Shown: piece by piece, positions 55,922 through 64,000 of the stretch
How the letters are laid out: each line of letters starts with the position of its first letter
How positions within the stretch are numbered: position 1 is the first letter of the stretch
Assembly (NCBI GenBank): GCA_038065395.1
Contig: JBBTRB010000004.1
Coordinates: forward strand, 135,178 to 199,177
Direction: 5' to 3'
Length of the DNA stretch: 64,000 nt
DNA from: Patescibacteria group bacterium
GTDB lineage: Bacteria; Patescibacteriota; Minisyncoccia; Phycocordibacterales; PALSA-1337
Program-made: the position numbers and the translations under genes
The notes under the pieces: model-generated
Databases searched by the model: none
Told to the model about the DNA's origin: nothing
Seen by the model: only the letters and a program-made list of their open reading frames with translations

Positions 55922-56428
55922 TCAAGATTCCTTGAAAAGGAAGACCGCAAGTTCTTGAGACGAGAATTCTCTCCCATTCCATCTTATACCGATAGGATCC
56001 CGTCGTCCTTTGCGATCAAGTTCCACGATCCCATGTTGGGCAAGTTTGAGCACGTGATGTGCCCAAGGCAGCATGACGTGTAAATTCGGTCTTTTGAATG
56101 GACATTGCCGGACTGATGTTCCATCCACGCACGTACGACTAGGGTGACCGTTTGCATCGTCGTGTGTGATCCAATGAAAATCAAGGTAATGAAGCGGAGA
56201 GATGAAATGAGATAGGTCAAACGTCTCGTATCGCGGAATAAAATTGAGAGGAATTCCTGAGAGTCCATTTTCCGCGAGAAGCCTGCCGACTGCCTGATCG
56301 AGCTCTTTCATTGAAACCCAGTCAAGCCTTCTGAGTTTCTGCCGGTTTACTTTTCCGGGTATGGGGAATCTCTTGCATGCGGGCATTGTCAGAGCAGGAG
56401 TCAGACCGTCATATACTATAGTTCTCAT
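55922..56428 (-). CDS. Hypothetical protein with Cys/His-rich segments
   Basis: ORF from MRTIVYDGL. No secure motif. Confidence 0.4.
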   Translation of the reverse strand: MRTIVYDGLTPALTMPACKRFPIPGKVNRQKLRRLDWVSMKELDQAVGRLLAENGLSGIPLNFIPRYETFDLSHFISPLHYLDFHWITHDDANGHPSRTCVDGTSVRQCPFKRPNLHVMLPWAHHVLKLAQHGIVELDRKGRRDPIGIRWNGREFSSQELAVFLFKES

Positions 56429-56551
56429 ATCGACCTTTTGATTGTTGAGGATTACGATAGATGCACACAGCACGCGCTGCTACCAAGCATCTATTTCCAA
56501 CAAAAAGACTACTCCTGTATCTGGCTGAATGCAAGTGGCCCCTGTGTCAGT

Positions 56552-57451
56552 CTATACCCCCTCTTTCTTGAGCTCCTCGATAACCTCTCTGGCCTTCTTG
56601 GAAAGTTTCTTGGGCATAGTTACATGGGTCACGATCAGGATATCACCGCGTTTGCCACCAGTGCCGAATATACTCCCTGTCTGTTCGTAGGGTACGCCTT
56701 TGCCTTTGACACGAAGGATCTCGCCATGGGTTGTACCTGCTGGGATCTTGAGTTCGATGGTGCCGTCGAGCGTCTCGAGCGAGATGGTGTCACCGGTGAG
56801 TGCCGAGGTGAGCTTGACGGGAAGCTCCATCACCAGGTTGATGCCTTCTTTGCGGAATACTGCATGCTCCTTGACCCAGACACGGACGACGAGGTCGCCT
56901 TTGCCGCCTTCGCCGGCCTCACCACGCCCAGGTACACGTAGACCCTGACCACTCTCTATGCCCGCAGGGATTTTTATGGAAAGCTTATCTTTTTCTATGG
57001 AAATGTCCTTCTCTACACCGAAGATGGACTCCTTGAATGAGATCTCGACGTCGACAGTGATGTTCCTGCCTTTGCGCGGGCGACGTCCCCCACCGAAGAA
57101 TTCCCCGAAGATGTCACCGAGGTCGAACTCGACCCCACCTTGGTTGAACTGAAATCCACCATTCTGGAATTGTGAAAAGTCAAAACCGCCGAAGCCCTGG
57201 CCACCGTTGAAGCCGCCTTGACCTGGGTTGAATCCAGTGCCAGATGAGCCGAATGTATCATATTGTTTGCGTTTGTTGTCGTCTGACAATGTCGAATACG
57301 CTTCACTGGCTTCTTTGAACTTCTTCTCGGCCTCGACATTGCCTTTGTTCTTGTCGGGATGATGTTCGTGCGCGAGCTTACGGAACGCTTTCTTGATGTC
57401 ATCTTTGGAAGCGGTCTTGTCTACGCCGAGGATTTTGTAGTAATCTTTCAT
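56552..57451 (-). CDS. DnaJ-family co-chaperone lacking the CxxCxGxG zinc-finger region (type II, CbpA-like)
   Basis: J-domain [37 protein letters not shown]-rich linker, C-terminal substrate-binding domains. No Cys repeats. Confidence 0.8.
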   Translation of the reverse strand: MKDYYKILGVDKTASKDDIKKAFRKLAHEHHPDKNKGNVEAEKKFKEASEAYSTLSDDNKRKQYDTFGSSGTGFNPGQGGFNGGQGFGGFDFSQFQNGGFQFNQGGVEFDLGDIFGEFFGGGRRPRKGRNITVDVEISFKESIFGVEKDISIEKDKLSIKIPAGIESGQGLRVPGRGEAGEGGKGDLVVRVWVKEHAVFRKEGINLVMELPVKLTSALTGDTISLETLDGTIELKIPAGTTHGEILRVKGKGVPYEQTGSIFGTGGKRGDILIVTHVTMPKKLSKKAREVIEELKKEGV

Positions 57452-57526
57452 TTGACGATTTGTATTTAGTATGCTACTTTATATATAGTATTTTTGCAAC
57501 AATTCAATAACAAGAAAGGTACGATT

Positions 57527-58000
57527 ATGGAACGAGTAAAGTTTATCGAGATGGTGAGAAATAAAGTGGTCGGGCTGACGAATGAATTGATGCCTCTTGC
57601 TGAAGGAGCGCTACATTCGAACGAACAGCTCGTTGTTACCGTCTCGGTAGTCATGGTTCCTAATTTGGTCGTGGTTGCTCAAGATTCAATTGGATCAGAA
57701 CATGACAGGATCTTGAACATGACGTTTCGAGCATTTGTTAATCAGAAACTGAAAGGCGATAGACGAATCGGGGGCATCCCATTCTTTCACGGTCATTTGA
57801 ATGGTAATCCGAGTGACCCACATTACGGAGGAGCTCCTGCTGATTTCAAAAACTATTCAACTTTTGGAGACATTCCCATGAGAGTCCTGATTAATCGTGA
57901 TGAGTTCGACTTACTTCGTATTCGAGGTGTCTCTACAAAAGCTTTAAAAGCGTTGAAAGAGATTCTTGGGGGGTACGGTCTTTCAATTAAGAAACAGTGA
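57527..58000 (+). CDS. Small protein with an RNA-polymerase alpha-CTD-like helix-hairpin-helix C-terminus
   Basis: DEFDLLRIRGVSTKALKALKEILGGYGLSI resembles the alpha-CTD [27 protein letters not shown]. Confidence 0.45.
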   Translation: MERVKFIEMVRNKVVGLTNELMPLAEGALHSNEQLVVTVSVVMVPNLVVVAQDSIGSEHDRILNMTFRAFVNQKLKGDRRIGGIPFFHGHLNGNPSDPHYGGAPADFKNYSTFGDIPMRVLINRDEFDLLRIRGVSTKALKALKEILGGYGLSIKKQ

Positions 58001-58104
58001 CTCCCTCAGACCCCCGCTTGTTCCCCCGATCCGCTATTGCGATCAGAGGAACTACGGAGGTCTTTTTCTTTGCCTCACTGAAGCTTTTGGCGAAGGCGGG
58101 TTAA

Positions 58105-60027
58105 CTACTTCTTCTCCTTAAACTCTGCATCCTTCACATCTCCCTCTGCCTCCTTACTTTCACCACCTGGCTGTGCGCCTGGAGGAGGAGTTTGCTGAGC
58201 ATTTTTTGCTAGATGCTCGCCGATCTTCGAAATCTCCGATGAGAGAGCTTCGGTGGCAGCTTTGATAGCCGCGATATCTGAACCATCTTTGGTGGTTTTC
58301 AACGTTGCAATCTTCCCTTCGATCGAAGTGGCAAGCTCTGCAGGGATCTTTTCTTTGTTTTCCTTGAGAGCCTTTTCGGACATATAGAGCACTTGCTCGG
58401 CGGTGTTCTTGACCTCGATTGCGTCGCGCTTGGCCTTGTCTTCTGTTTCGTGAGCAGCGGCTTCTTGCTTCATCTTCTCAACTTCATCTTTGGAAAGTCC
58501 AGAAGAAGCAGTGATCTTGATCGAGTTGGCCTTGCCGGTTGCTTTGTCTTTTGCAGTTACATTGAGGATACCGTTGGCATCGACGTCGAACGAGACTTCG
58601 ATCTGTGGCATGCCACGAGGAGAAGGTGGGATACCATCGAGGATGAATCTTCCGAGGGACTTGTTGTCACCTGCCATGGCACGCTCACCTTGAGTGATAT
58701 GGATCTCTACCGACGGCTGGTTGTCAGCGGCAGTTGAGAATACTTGAGACTTCTGAGTAGGGACGGTTGTGTTCTTCTCGATGAGCTTGGTAGCTACTCC
58801 GCCCATGGTTTCGATACCGAGTGACAGTGGGATCACGTCGAGCAAGAGAACGTCTTTGACTTCCCCGCCCAAGATACCTCCCTGGATCGCCGCGCCCACC
58901 GCAACCACCTCGTCGGGATTCACACCCATGTGAGGATCTTTTCCGAAGAATGTCTTGACTGCATTTTGGAGTGCCGGCATGCGTGTCTGACCACCGACCA
59001 AGATGACTTCGTTAATCTCTCCTACTTTGAATGGTGACGCTTCGACTGCACGCTTGGTAATAGCCATCGCACGGTCGACGAACTCCTGGGTCATAACTTC
59101 CAGTTGTGCGCGTGTGAGGGTGACGAGGAGGTGCTTCGGCCCATCGGTACCTGAGGTGATGAATGGGATGTTGATCTCTGTCTGAGCGGCGGTTGAGAGT
59201 TCGATCTTGGCTTTTTCTGCAGCTTCATCCAGACGTTGGAGAGCGAGCGCGTCTCTCTTGAGGTCGATGCCATTTTCTTTTGCGAAGGTATCTGCAAGCC
59301 AGTTGACGATCTTGGCATCGATATCACGGCCACCAAGATGTGAGTCACCGTCGGTAGACTTTACTTCGATAACATCATCACCGACTTCGAGGACTGAGAT
59401 ATCGAATGTTCCTCCACCGAAGTCGAAGACTGCGATTTTCTCGTCCTTCTTTTTGTTAAATCCGTATGCAAGTGCCGCAGCTGTTGGTTCGTTGATGATG
59501 CGCTTTACATCGAGACCAGCGATCTGACCTGCGTCTTTGGTTGCTTGGCGTTGTGAGTCGTTGAAGTAAGCAGGAACAGTGATCACTGCTTCGGTGACCT
59601 TTTCCCCGAGGCGAGCTTCGGCGTCGGCTTTGATCTTCTGAAGGATCATGGCTGAGATTTCTTCTGGACGGAGCCACTTGTCACCTTGCCCTGAGCCTGT
59701 CGAAGGGGCTGCCATCTTTACTTCGATGCCACCGTTGGCGGCTTTGCGAACTTCGAATGGAACGTTCTTGATATCTTTCTGAACATCAGCTTCGTCGAAT
59801 GTGTGACCGATGAAGCGTTTGATCTGAGAGATGGTGTTCTTTGGGTTGGTAACAGCCTGACGTTTTGCCAGGAGTCCGACGAGTCGTTCGCCTGTCTTGG
59901 ACTGTGCGACGATCGAAGGAGTGGTGCGTTGACCTTCTGCGTTTTCGAGAACTCTCGGAGAGCCGGCTTCCATAACGGCGACGGCTGAGAAGGTTGTTCC
60001 GAGGTCTATTCCGATGATTTTGGACAT
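58105..60027 (-). CDS. dnaK: Chaperone DnaK (Hsp70)
   Basis: [29 protein letters not shown], full length 640 aa. Confidence 0.95.
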   Translation of the reverse strand: MSKIIGIDLGTTFSAVAVMEAGSPRVLENAEGQRTTPSIVAQSKTGERLVGLLAKRQAVTNPKNTISQIKRFIGHTFDEADVQKDIKNVPFEVRKAANGGIEVKMAAPSTGSGQGDKWLRPEEISAMILQKIKADAEARLGEKVTEAVITVPAYFNDSQRQATKDAGQIAGLDVKRIINEPTAAALAYGFNKKKDEKIAVFDFGGGTFDISVLEVGDDVIEVKSTDGDSHLGGRDIDAKIVNWLADTFAKENGIDLKRDALALQRLDEAAEKAKIELSTAAQTEINIPFITSGTDGPKHLLVTLTRAQLEVMTQEFVDRAMAITKRAVEASPFKVGEINEVILVGGQTRMPALQNAVKTFFGKDPHMGVNPDEVVAVGAAIQGGILGGEVKDVLLLDVIPLSLGIETMGGVATKLIEKNTTVPTQKSQVFSTAADNQPSVEIHITQGERAMAGDNKSLGRFILDGIPPSPRGMPQIEVSFDVDANGILNVTAKDKATGKANSIKITASSGLSKDEVEKMKQEAAAHETEDKAKRDAIEVKNTAEQVLYMSEKALKENKEKIPAELATSIEGKIATLKTTKDGSDIAAIKAATEALSSEISKIGEHLAKNAQQTPPPGAQPGGESKEAEGDVKDAEFKEKK

Positions 60028-60179
60028 AGTGTTTAGGTGTAATTAGTAAGTGGTAACTAGCAATGAATATTTGACAGTAGCTACTATAAGTGATATACTG
60101 CTATTTAGTTTCGAACCTTACAACATGCTCATTTGACCAAGCAAACGCTTGGAGGTTAGAGCAAGGAGAAAATTTACAA

Positions 60180-60556
60180 TGAAGGACGGAGAGAAAGCAA
60201 ATATCGCAGTTAATGGTGAAGAATTGACCGTCTGGTTTGATTCCTATTTGGGTCAGCCAGTTCGTCCAGGAGCTAAATGCTTCCATTGCGGAAAACCAGC
60301 CACTCAATTGGATATTATCGAGGTCGAACGAATTGATTGGAATGGCGTCGACCTTCCATTGAAGAAACCTTTTGCCAAAACGGTCATCAGGAAATTGAAT
60401 CCACTCCTCATGCATCGAGTTGCGTATTGCGATTCCTCGCATTGCGAAGAGACGTTAGCAAAACGTTCGTACGAGCTGCAACGAGTAGAGAAAATATTCA
60501 CTACTCGATCATTCAAAAGCCCTTACGATCCGGAACAAGAAGAACTGAGGAGTTAA
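60180..60556 (+). CDS. Hypothetical protein with a CxxC...C..C zinc-ribbon-like pattern
   Basis: RBS aggaga 9 nt upstream of the ATG at 60180. KCFHCGK ... YCDSSHCEE. Confidence 0.45.
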
Positions 60557-60731
60557 ATCCTCCCACGAGTGACCGTCCAGAAATGGCCGGTCACTTTCTT
60601 TTTACTCAATTTTTTAATGAACAAAGTGTAATGGTTCACGATTTTCTCAATATTCCCCAAAGTGACAACTTCTTCGTCACTTTACTCTATTTGGTAATAT
60701 CCTGGATTCCCATTTTCATGGGAATGACATG

Positions 60732-61085
60732 CTAAAAAGACGGAGCGCGGGTAGGTTGACTATGTATAATAAATTCTATAGTTGAAAATGGAGAGACTAT
60801 CGGAGTGACGGAAGAGATGTATTCGGTGACGGTGTCATTTTTTGGACATGAGAAAGGCAGGAGGAACTGGTCGGATACGTGTCCTGAACTTGTTGAATGA
60901 TTGCGTGTAGCGAGTGGTTGTGCAGAAACAAGCTGACCTTTGAGTTTTCCTTCAACGAGAGACACCAAGAACACCAGACGGAACTGTCGGCCGGTCTGGT
61001 CGGTGAAGATTTGCTCTATGAATTGTGGTTTATAAGGAGTAAGCATTGAGAGTTTTATATTAAGGCAAAAAAGGCCGGGGGTCAA
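60732..61085 (-). CDS. Hypothetical protein
   Basis: ORF only. Confidence 0.35.
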   Translation of the reverse strand: MTPGLFCLNIKLSMLTPYKPQFIEQIFTDQTGRQFRLVFLVSLVEGKLKGQLVSAQPLATRNHSTSSGHVSDQFLLPFSCPKNDTVTEYISSVTPIVSPFSTIEFIIHSQPTRAPSF

Positions 61086-61180
61086 GAGGCGTAGATTTTA
61101 TCGTTTCTTGAGACTAAATTCATCAGGAATTTATCTCGGGTTGCTAAAGTTTCTGGGCGGAAGATCATATCTTCCGCCGT

Positions 61181-61251
61181 GGACCAGTTCGCTGGTGCGA
61201 AAATCTTGGCTCGTCACCTAAGATTCGGGGGTTCGATTCCCCTCTGGTCCA
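61181..61251 (+). tRNA. tRNA-like element with a non-canonical fold (possible tRNA pseudogene or degenerate tRNA)
   Basis: 7-9 bp acceptor (g)tGGACCAG/CTGGTCCa(c). T-arm GGGGG-TTCGATT-CCCCT. 4-bp D-stem with a 4-nt loop. Anticodon stem is over-long and bulged with loop CTCGTCA, so anticodon assignment is unsafe. Preceded by the palindromic minihelix ggcggaagatcatatcttccgcc (61157..61179). Confidence 0.35.
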
Positions 61252-61465
61252 CAAACTTGACTTTTTATAATTAAGTAAACTATAATTATCAAGTCGATAT
61301 ATTCGACTGGTGGAACCGGTATGGGAAATCACCCTGACTGGCCCGTAAATTCTTACCTCGTGTAAGGATTTACATGACGACACAAAGTCCCTTCGGGGGC
61401 TTTTGTGTTTGTGTGTTGACAGGCTCGGTTAATGGGGGTAGTTTTGGGATAGACAACCAACAACG

Positions 61466-61921
61466 GTGGGTTATATACCTGCCACAACCAAAGGAATCGG
61501 CATGTTCACGGTCATTCATACTACGTACGGTCCGTCATTTCAAGAGAATCTGATCCTCGATAGCGTCAGATCTAACATCAACTGCATTTTCAGAGAGATC
61601 AACAATATCACCTTCGAACTGAGTCGAGCGTCTCTGGGTATAGCTGTTCGCCCGACAGAAGGTTCAGGTCGTTCCGCGTCTCTCGATGAATTGACGAGTT
61701 ATGGCGAATTGGCACAAGGGTTGGTCTCCGTATGCAAAAATGCCACGGAGCTGAATATTGAAATTCATTACAGTCAAGACGATCGACAGGTGACTCTTCA
61801 TGCATGCACCTTTCGTGACAGGGATATTCTCTTTGAACTGAACTGCTTTGGCAAAAAGGACGACCCTCGTATTCCTTACCAGTTCTACTACCTAGATCAC
61901 AAGTATCATTCTTCGCGATAA
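61466..61921 (+). CDS. Hypothetical protein
   Basis: ORF only. Confidence 0.4.
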   Translation: MGYIPATTKGIGMFTVIHTTYGPSFQENLILDSVRSNINCIFREINNITFELSRASLGIAVRPTEGSGRSASLDELTSYGELAQGLVSVCKNATELNIEIHYSQDDRQVTLHACTFRDRDILFELNCFGKKDDPRIPYQFYYLDHKYHSSR

Positions 61922-61927
61922 ACCCGT

Positions 61928-61962
61928 CCCCTCCACGCACATCTTGCCTGGAGGGGATTTTT
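61928..61962. terminator. Rho-independent terminator between the convergent 61466..61921 gene and grpE (cccctcca...tggagggg + T5)
   Basis: Read directly. Confidence 0.75.
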
Positions 61963-61969
61963 ATATAAA

Positions 61970-62545
61970 CTATTTCTTCCACTCCCCTACCTTCACCTTC
62001 GGCACCTTAATCTCTTTGCCATTGAGTGAATAGCCTTTTTGTAGGACTGCAACGACGGTGTGATCTTGCTTCTCATCCGTCACGGGTTCGTATGAGACAG
62101 CTTCATGTTTTGCATGGTCGAATGGTTGGCCGATCGGGTTGAGTTCTTGGAGACCATTCTCAGTCAATGCTTTTTGCAGTTGAGAATAGATATACTCTAC
62201 TCCTGTGCGCCAGTTCTTGTCTACTTTCTCCCAAGCATCCTTGTTCCCCATCGCCATATCGAAACTCTCCAAAACCGGCAACAGATCTTCGATCAGACGT
62301 TCGTTGGCGAACTTCATAAAGTTCCTGTTCTCCTCCTCGTCACGCTTGCGAGCGTTGACCATGTCGGCCTTGGCGCGTTGCCAGCCTGTCAGGTACTCGG
62401 TCTTCTCTGCTTCGGCTTTCTTGAGCTTTTCGCGGAGTTTCTTGATGGTTTCGGTCATGTTCTCTTCGGCCACGACCGAGTCATCCAATGTGTCGTCGGA
62501 TTCGATAGTAATGTCGTCTTGAGTTTTGAGTTCGTCTTCTTGCAT
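61970..62545 (-). CDS. grpE: Nucleotide exchange factor GrpE
   Basis: Coiled-coil N-terminus. C-terminal GrpE fold block EAVSYEPV...VVAVLQKGYSLNGKEIKVPKVKV. Confidence 0.85.
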   Translation of the reverse strand: MQEDELKTQDDITIESDDTLDDSVVAEENMTETIKKLREKLKKAEAEKTEYLTGWQRAKADMVNARKRDEEENRNFMKFANERLIEDLLPVLESFDMAMGNKDAWEKVDKNWRTGVEYIYSQLQKALTENGLQELNPIGQPFDHAKHEAVSYEPVTDEKQDHTVVAVLQKGYSLNGKEIKVPKVKVGEWKK

Positions 62546-62598
62546 GTGGTTTATTCTAATCTAAAAAGTAAAGATAGCAAATCATACATCTACAACGC

Positions 62599-62625
62599 AG
62601 ATCCCCGCCTGCGCGGGGATGACGT
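62599..62625 (-). repeat. GC hairpin repeat, copy 4 (variant: atccccgcctgcgcggggatgac)
   Basis: One-mismatch relative to the reverse-complement consensus. Intergenic between grpE and rpsI. Confidence 0.7.
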
Positions 62626-62666
62626 GAAATGTGATTTTCCAATTACTAATCTCCAATCTCCTGCGA

Positions 62667-63074
62667 TTAACGCTTACTCCACTGTGGACTCTTGCGAGCT
62701 TTCTTGAAACCGAACTTGCGGCGTTCTTTGGCACGAGGGTCGCGTTTGAGGAAGCCGAGCTTCTTGAGACCGCCACGGAGCTGTACATCGTAGACGAGGA
62801 GGGCGCGGGCGATGCCGAGACGCATGGCTTCGGCCTGACCAGAGACACCACCACCACTGACCTTGACGGTAACATGGAACTTCTCAGCGGCTTTGCCTTG
62901 AGTCATCGAAGCGATCGCGGTAGCCTGCATTTCTGGAACTGGGAAATAGGTTTCGAGCTTCTTGCCATTGACCTCATAGCCTGCCTTGGCATTCGGGAAA
63001 AGACGAACACGAGCGATCGCGGTCTTGCGGCGTCCGACAGCTTCAAAGTATTTGGTTGGGGATTTCGTAGTCAT
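62667..63074 (-). CDS. rpsI: 30S ribosomal protein S9
   Basis: C-terminus RKFGFKKARKSPQWSKR. Confidence 0.9.
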   Translation of the reverse strand: MTTKSPTKYFEAVGRRKTAIARVRLFPNAKAGYEVNGKKLETYFPVPEMQATAIASMTQGKAAEKFHVTVKVSGGGVSGQAEAMRLGIARALLVYDVQLRGGLKKLGFLKRDPRAKERRKFGFKKARKSPQWSKR

Positions 63075-63080
63075 GTGTTT

Positions 63081-63437
63081 TTATTCCTTGATAACGAGGT
63101 TCTGGATACGAATATCACGCAGCTTGTTCTTGGGGAGCATGCGATAGACGGCGCGGCGGAAGACCTCGGTCATACCACGGCGTTCCATGAGCTCGCCGAG
63201 TGTCTCACTCTTGAGACCACCGCGAAAACCGGTGTAGGTAACATAGACATCACCTGTCTTCTTGCGAGCAGTGATGTCTGCACGAGAAGCGTTGGTGATC
63301 TCGACGATACCCGGGAGAACCTTGTTCTTGGCGAATGCGACAGAGTTCTTGCCCATCAGAGCCGCTGCTGCCTGACTTGCAATGCGACCGATCTTTTTGC
63401 CTTGTGCGTCAATGGTGTGTTTCATATATTTATACAA
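63081..63437 (-). CDS. rplM: 50S ribosomal protein L13 (short form)
   Basis: Overall L13 pattern ...KIGRIASQAAAALMGK...TGDVYVTYTGFRGGLK...AVYRMLPKNKL. Immediately upstream of rpsI. Confidence 0.8.
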   Translation of the reverse strand: MYKYMKHTIDAQGKKIGRIASQAAAALMGKNSVAFAKNKVLPGIVEITNASRADITARKKTGDVYVTYTGFRGGLKSETLGELMERRGMTEVFRRAVYRMLPKNKLRDIRIQNLVIKE

Positions 63438-63780
63438 ATTCGATCAAAGCCATCGGACTGCCGTCGAGGTCGCGGTTGCCGAGACGGATAATACGGATAT
63501 AACCTCCCTTGCGTTCGGTGTATTTCGGAGCAACGACATCGAAGAGCTTCTTGGTTTCGGTGACACCCTGGAGACGAGAGTTGATAGTGCGTCGTGAAGC
63601 GACGGTGTTAATCTTGGCCTTGGTGACAAGCTTCTCTACGTATGGACGGAGCTCTTTGGCCTTGGCGACAGTCGTGCGGATGCGTGAATCACGGATGAGG
63701 TTGCGTGCCAAAGAACGCATCAGAGCATGTCTCTGTGTCTTTTCTCTTCCGAATTTGCGTGTGGAGTTGCCGTGTCTCAT
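63430..63780 (-). CDS. rplQ: 50S ribosomal protein L17
   Basis: MRHGNSTRKFGREKTQRHALMRSLARNLI...AKAKELRPYVEKLVTKAK. Confidence 0.9.
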   Translation of the reverse strand: MRHGNSTRKFGREKTQRHALMRSLARNLIRDSRIRTTVAKAKELRPYVEKLVTKAKINTVASRRTINSRLQGVTETKKLFDVVAPKYTERKGGYIRIIRLGNRDLDGSPMALIEFV

Positions 63781-63784
63781 GGGA

Positions 63785-64000
63785 TTATTGTTTCAAGGTG
63801 ATACCGTGCTGAGCAAGGAGCTTCTTGATCTCTTGTACGCCCTTGGCGCCAAGACCGTCGATGTCCATGATGTCAGACTCTTTCTTACGAGCGAGACCTC
63901 CCATGGTTCGGACGTTGGCATTGGCGAGAGCCTTTGCAGTACGTGACGAGATGCCGAGAGTATCGATACGAGTCTTGAGGAGCTCGGTGTCGATGTCCTT
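63785..64000 (-). CDS. rpoA: DNA-directed RNA polymerase alpha subunit, C-terminal domain (3' end of gene; gene continues beyond the window)
   Basis: The minus strand reads ...DIDTELLKTRIDTLGISSRTAKALANANVRTMGGLARKKESDIMDIDGLGAKGVQEIKKLLAQHGITLKQ*. Typical rpoA-rplQ order. Confidence 0.8.
   Translation of the reverse strand, partial: KDIDTELLKTRIDTLGISSRTAKALANANVRTMGGLARKKESDIMDIDGLGAKGVQEIKKLLAQHGITLKQ

Noticed and set aside
61157-61179. Remnant of a selenocysteine tRNA (the hairpin ggaagatc...gatcttccgcc resembles the E. coli selC acceptor stem)
   Set aside because: Only an 8-9 bp palindrome. No D, anticodon or T arm between the halves. No UCA anticodon or sel genes. Similarity to an E. 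coli-specific stem is most likely coincidence.

Overview
The window is about 64 kb from a compact bacterial genome. Its gene content is dominated by translation, chaperone and cell-division genes, which is consistent with a small-genome, possibly CPR/Patescibacteria-like organism; that assignment is inference, not a search result.

Gene order. The + strand begins with a 5'-partial surface protein, then a dcw cluster (mraZ, rsmH, an ftsL-like gene, ftsI, murF) followed by a tRNA-Glu(CUC) at 6442..6513. Next come a short segment of reiterated tRNA-3'-end fragments (6514..6700) and an AT-rich ~7.6 kb island carrying predicted nucleic-acid-targeting proteins. The genome then continues with gmhB, a cold-shock gene, valS, plsC, ldcA, two paralogous sensor kinases (one truncated) flanking speH and a membrane GNAT-like gene, a frameshifted methyltransferase, yqeY, two large envelope proteins that share a C-terminal domain, rmuC, rplU, recR, dnaB, cysS, ctpA, rplI, rpmA, gltX, murG, ftsW, scpB, scpA, trpS, a DnaJ-like gene, dnaK, grpE, rpsI, rplM, rplQ and the 3' end of rpoA.

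Repeats. Several small repeat families are visible by eye:
- a 30-bp GC hairpin repeat with 4 copies, one inverted pair of which flanks 129 bp;
- a 166-bp MITE-like element with 26-bp perfect terminal inverted repeats upstream of mraZ;
- a ~120-bp dispersed repeat with 2 copies;
- a 190-bp element closed by inverted repeats upstream of rmuC.
No CRISPR array is present.

The island. It contains:
- an SF1 helicase fused to a DUF559/Vsr-like endonuclease, Hhe-like in architecture;
- an adjacent DUF2779/Cas4-like protein;
- an ImmA/IrrE-type HExxH protein;
- a NYN/PIN-like nuclease with a zinc-ribbon insert.
This is the best candidate for an accessory anti-phage or anti-MGE system and may include undescribed gene combinations.

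All identities are from motif recognition by eye. No database search was run.
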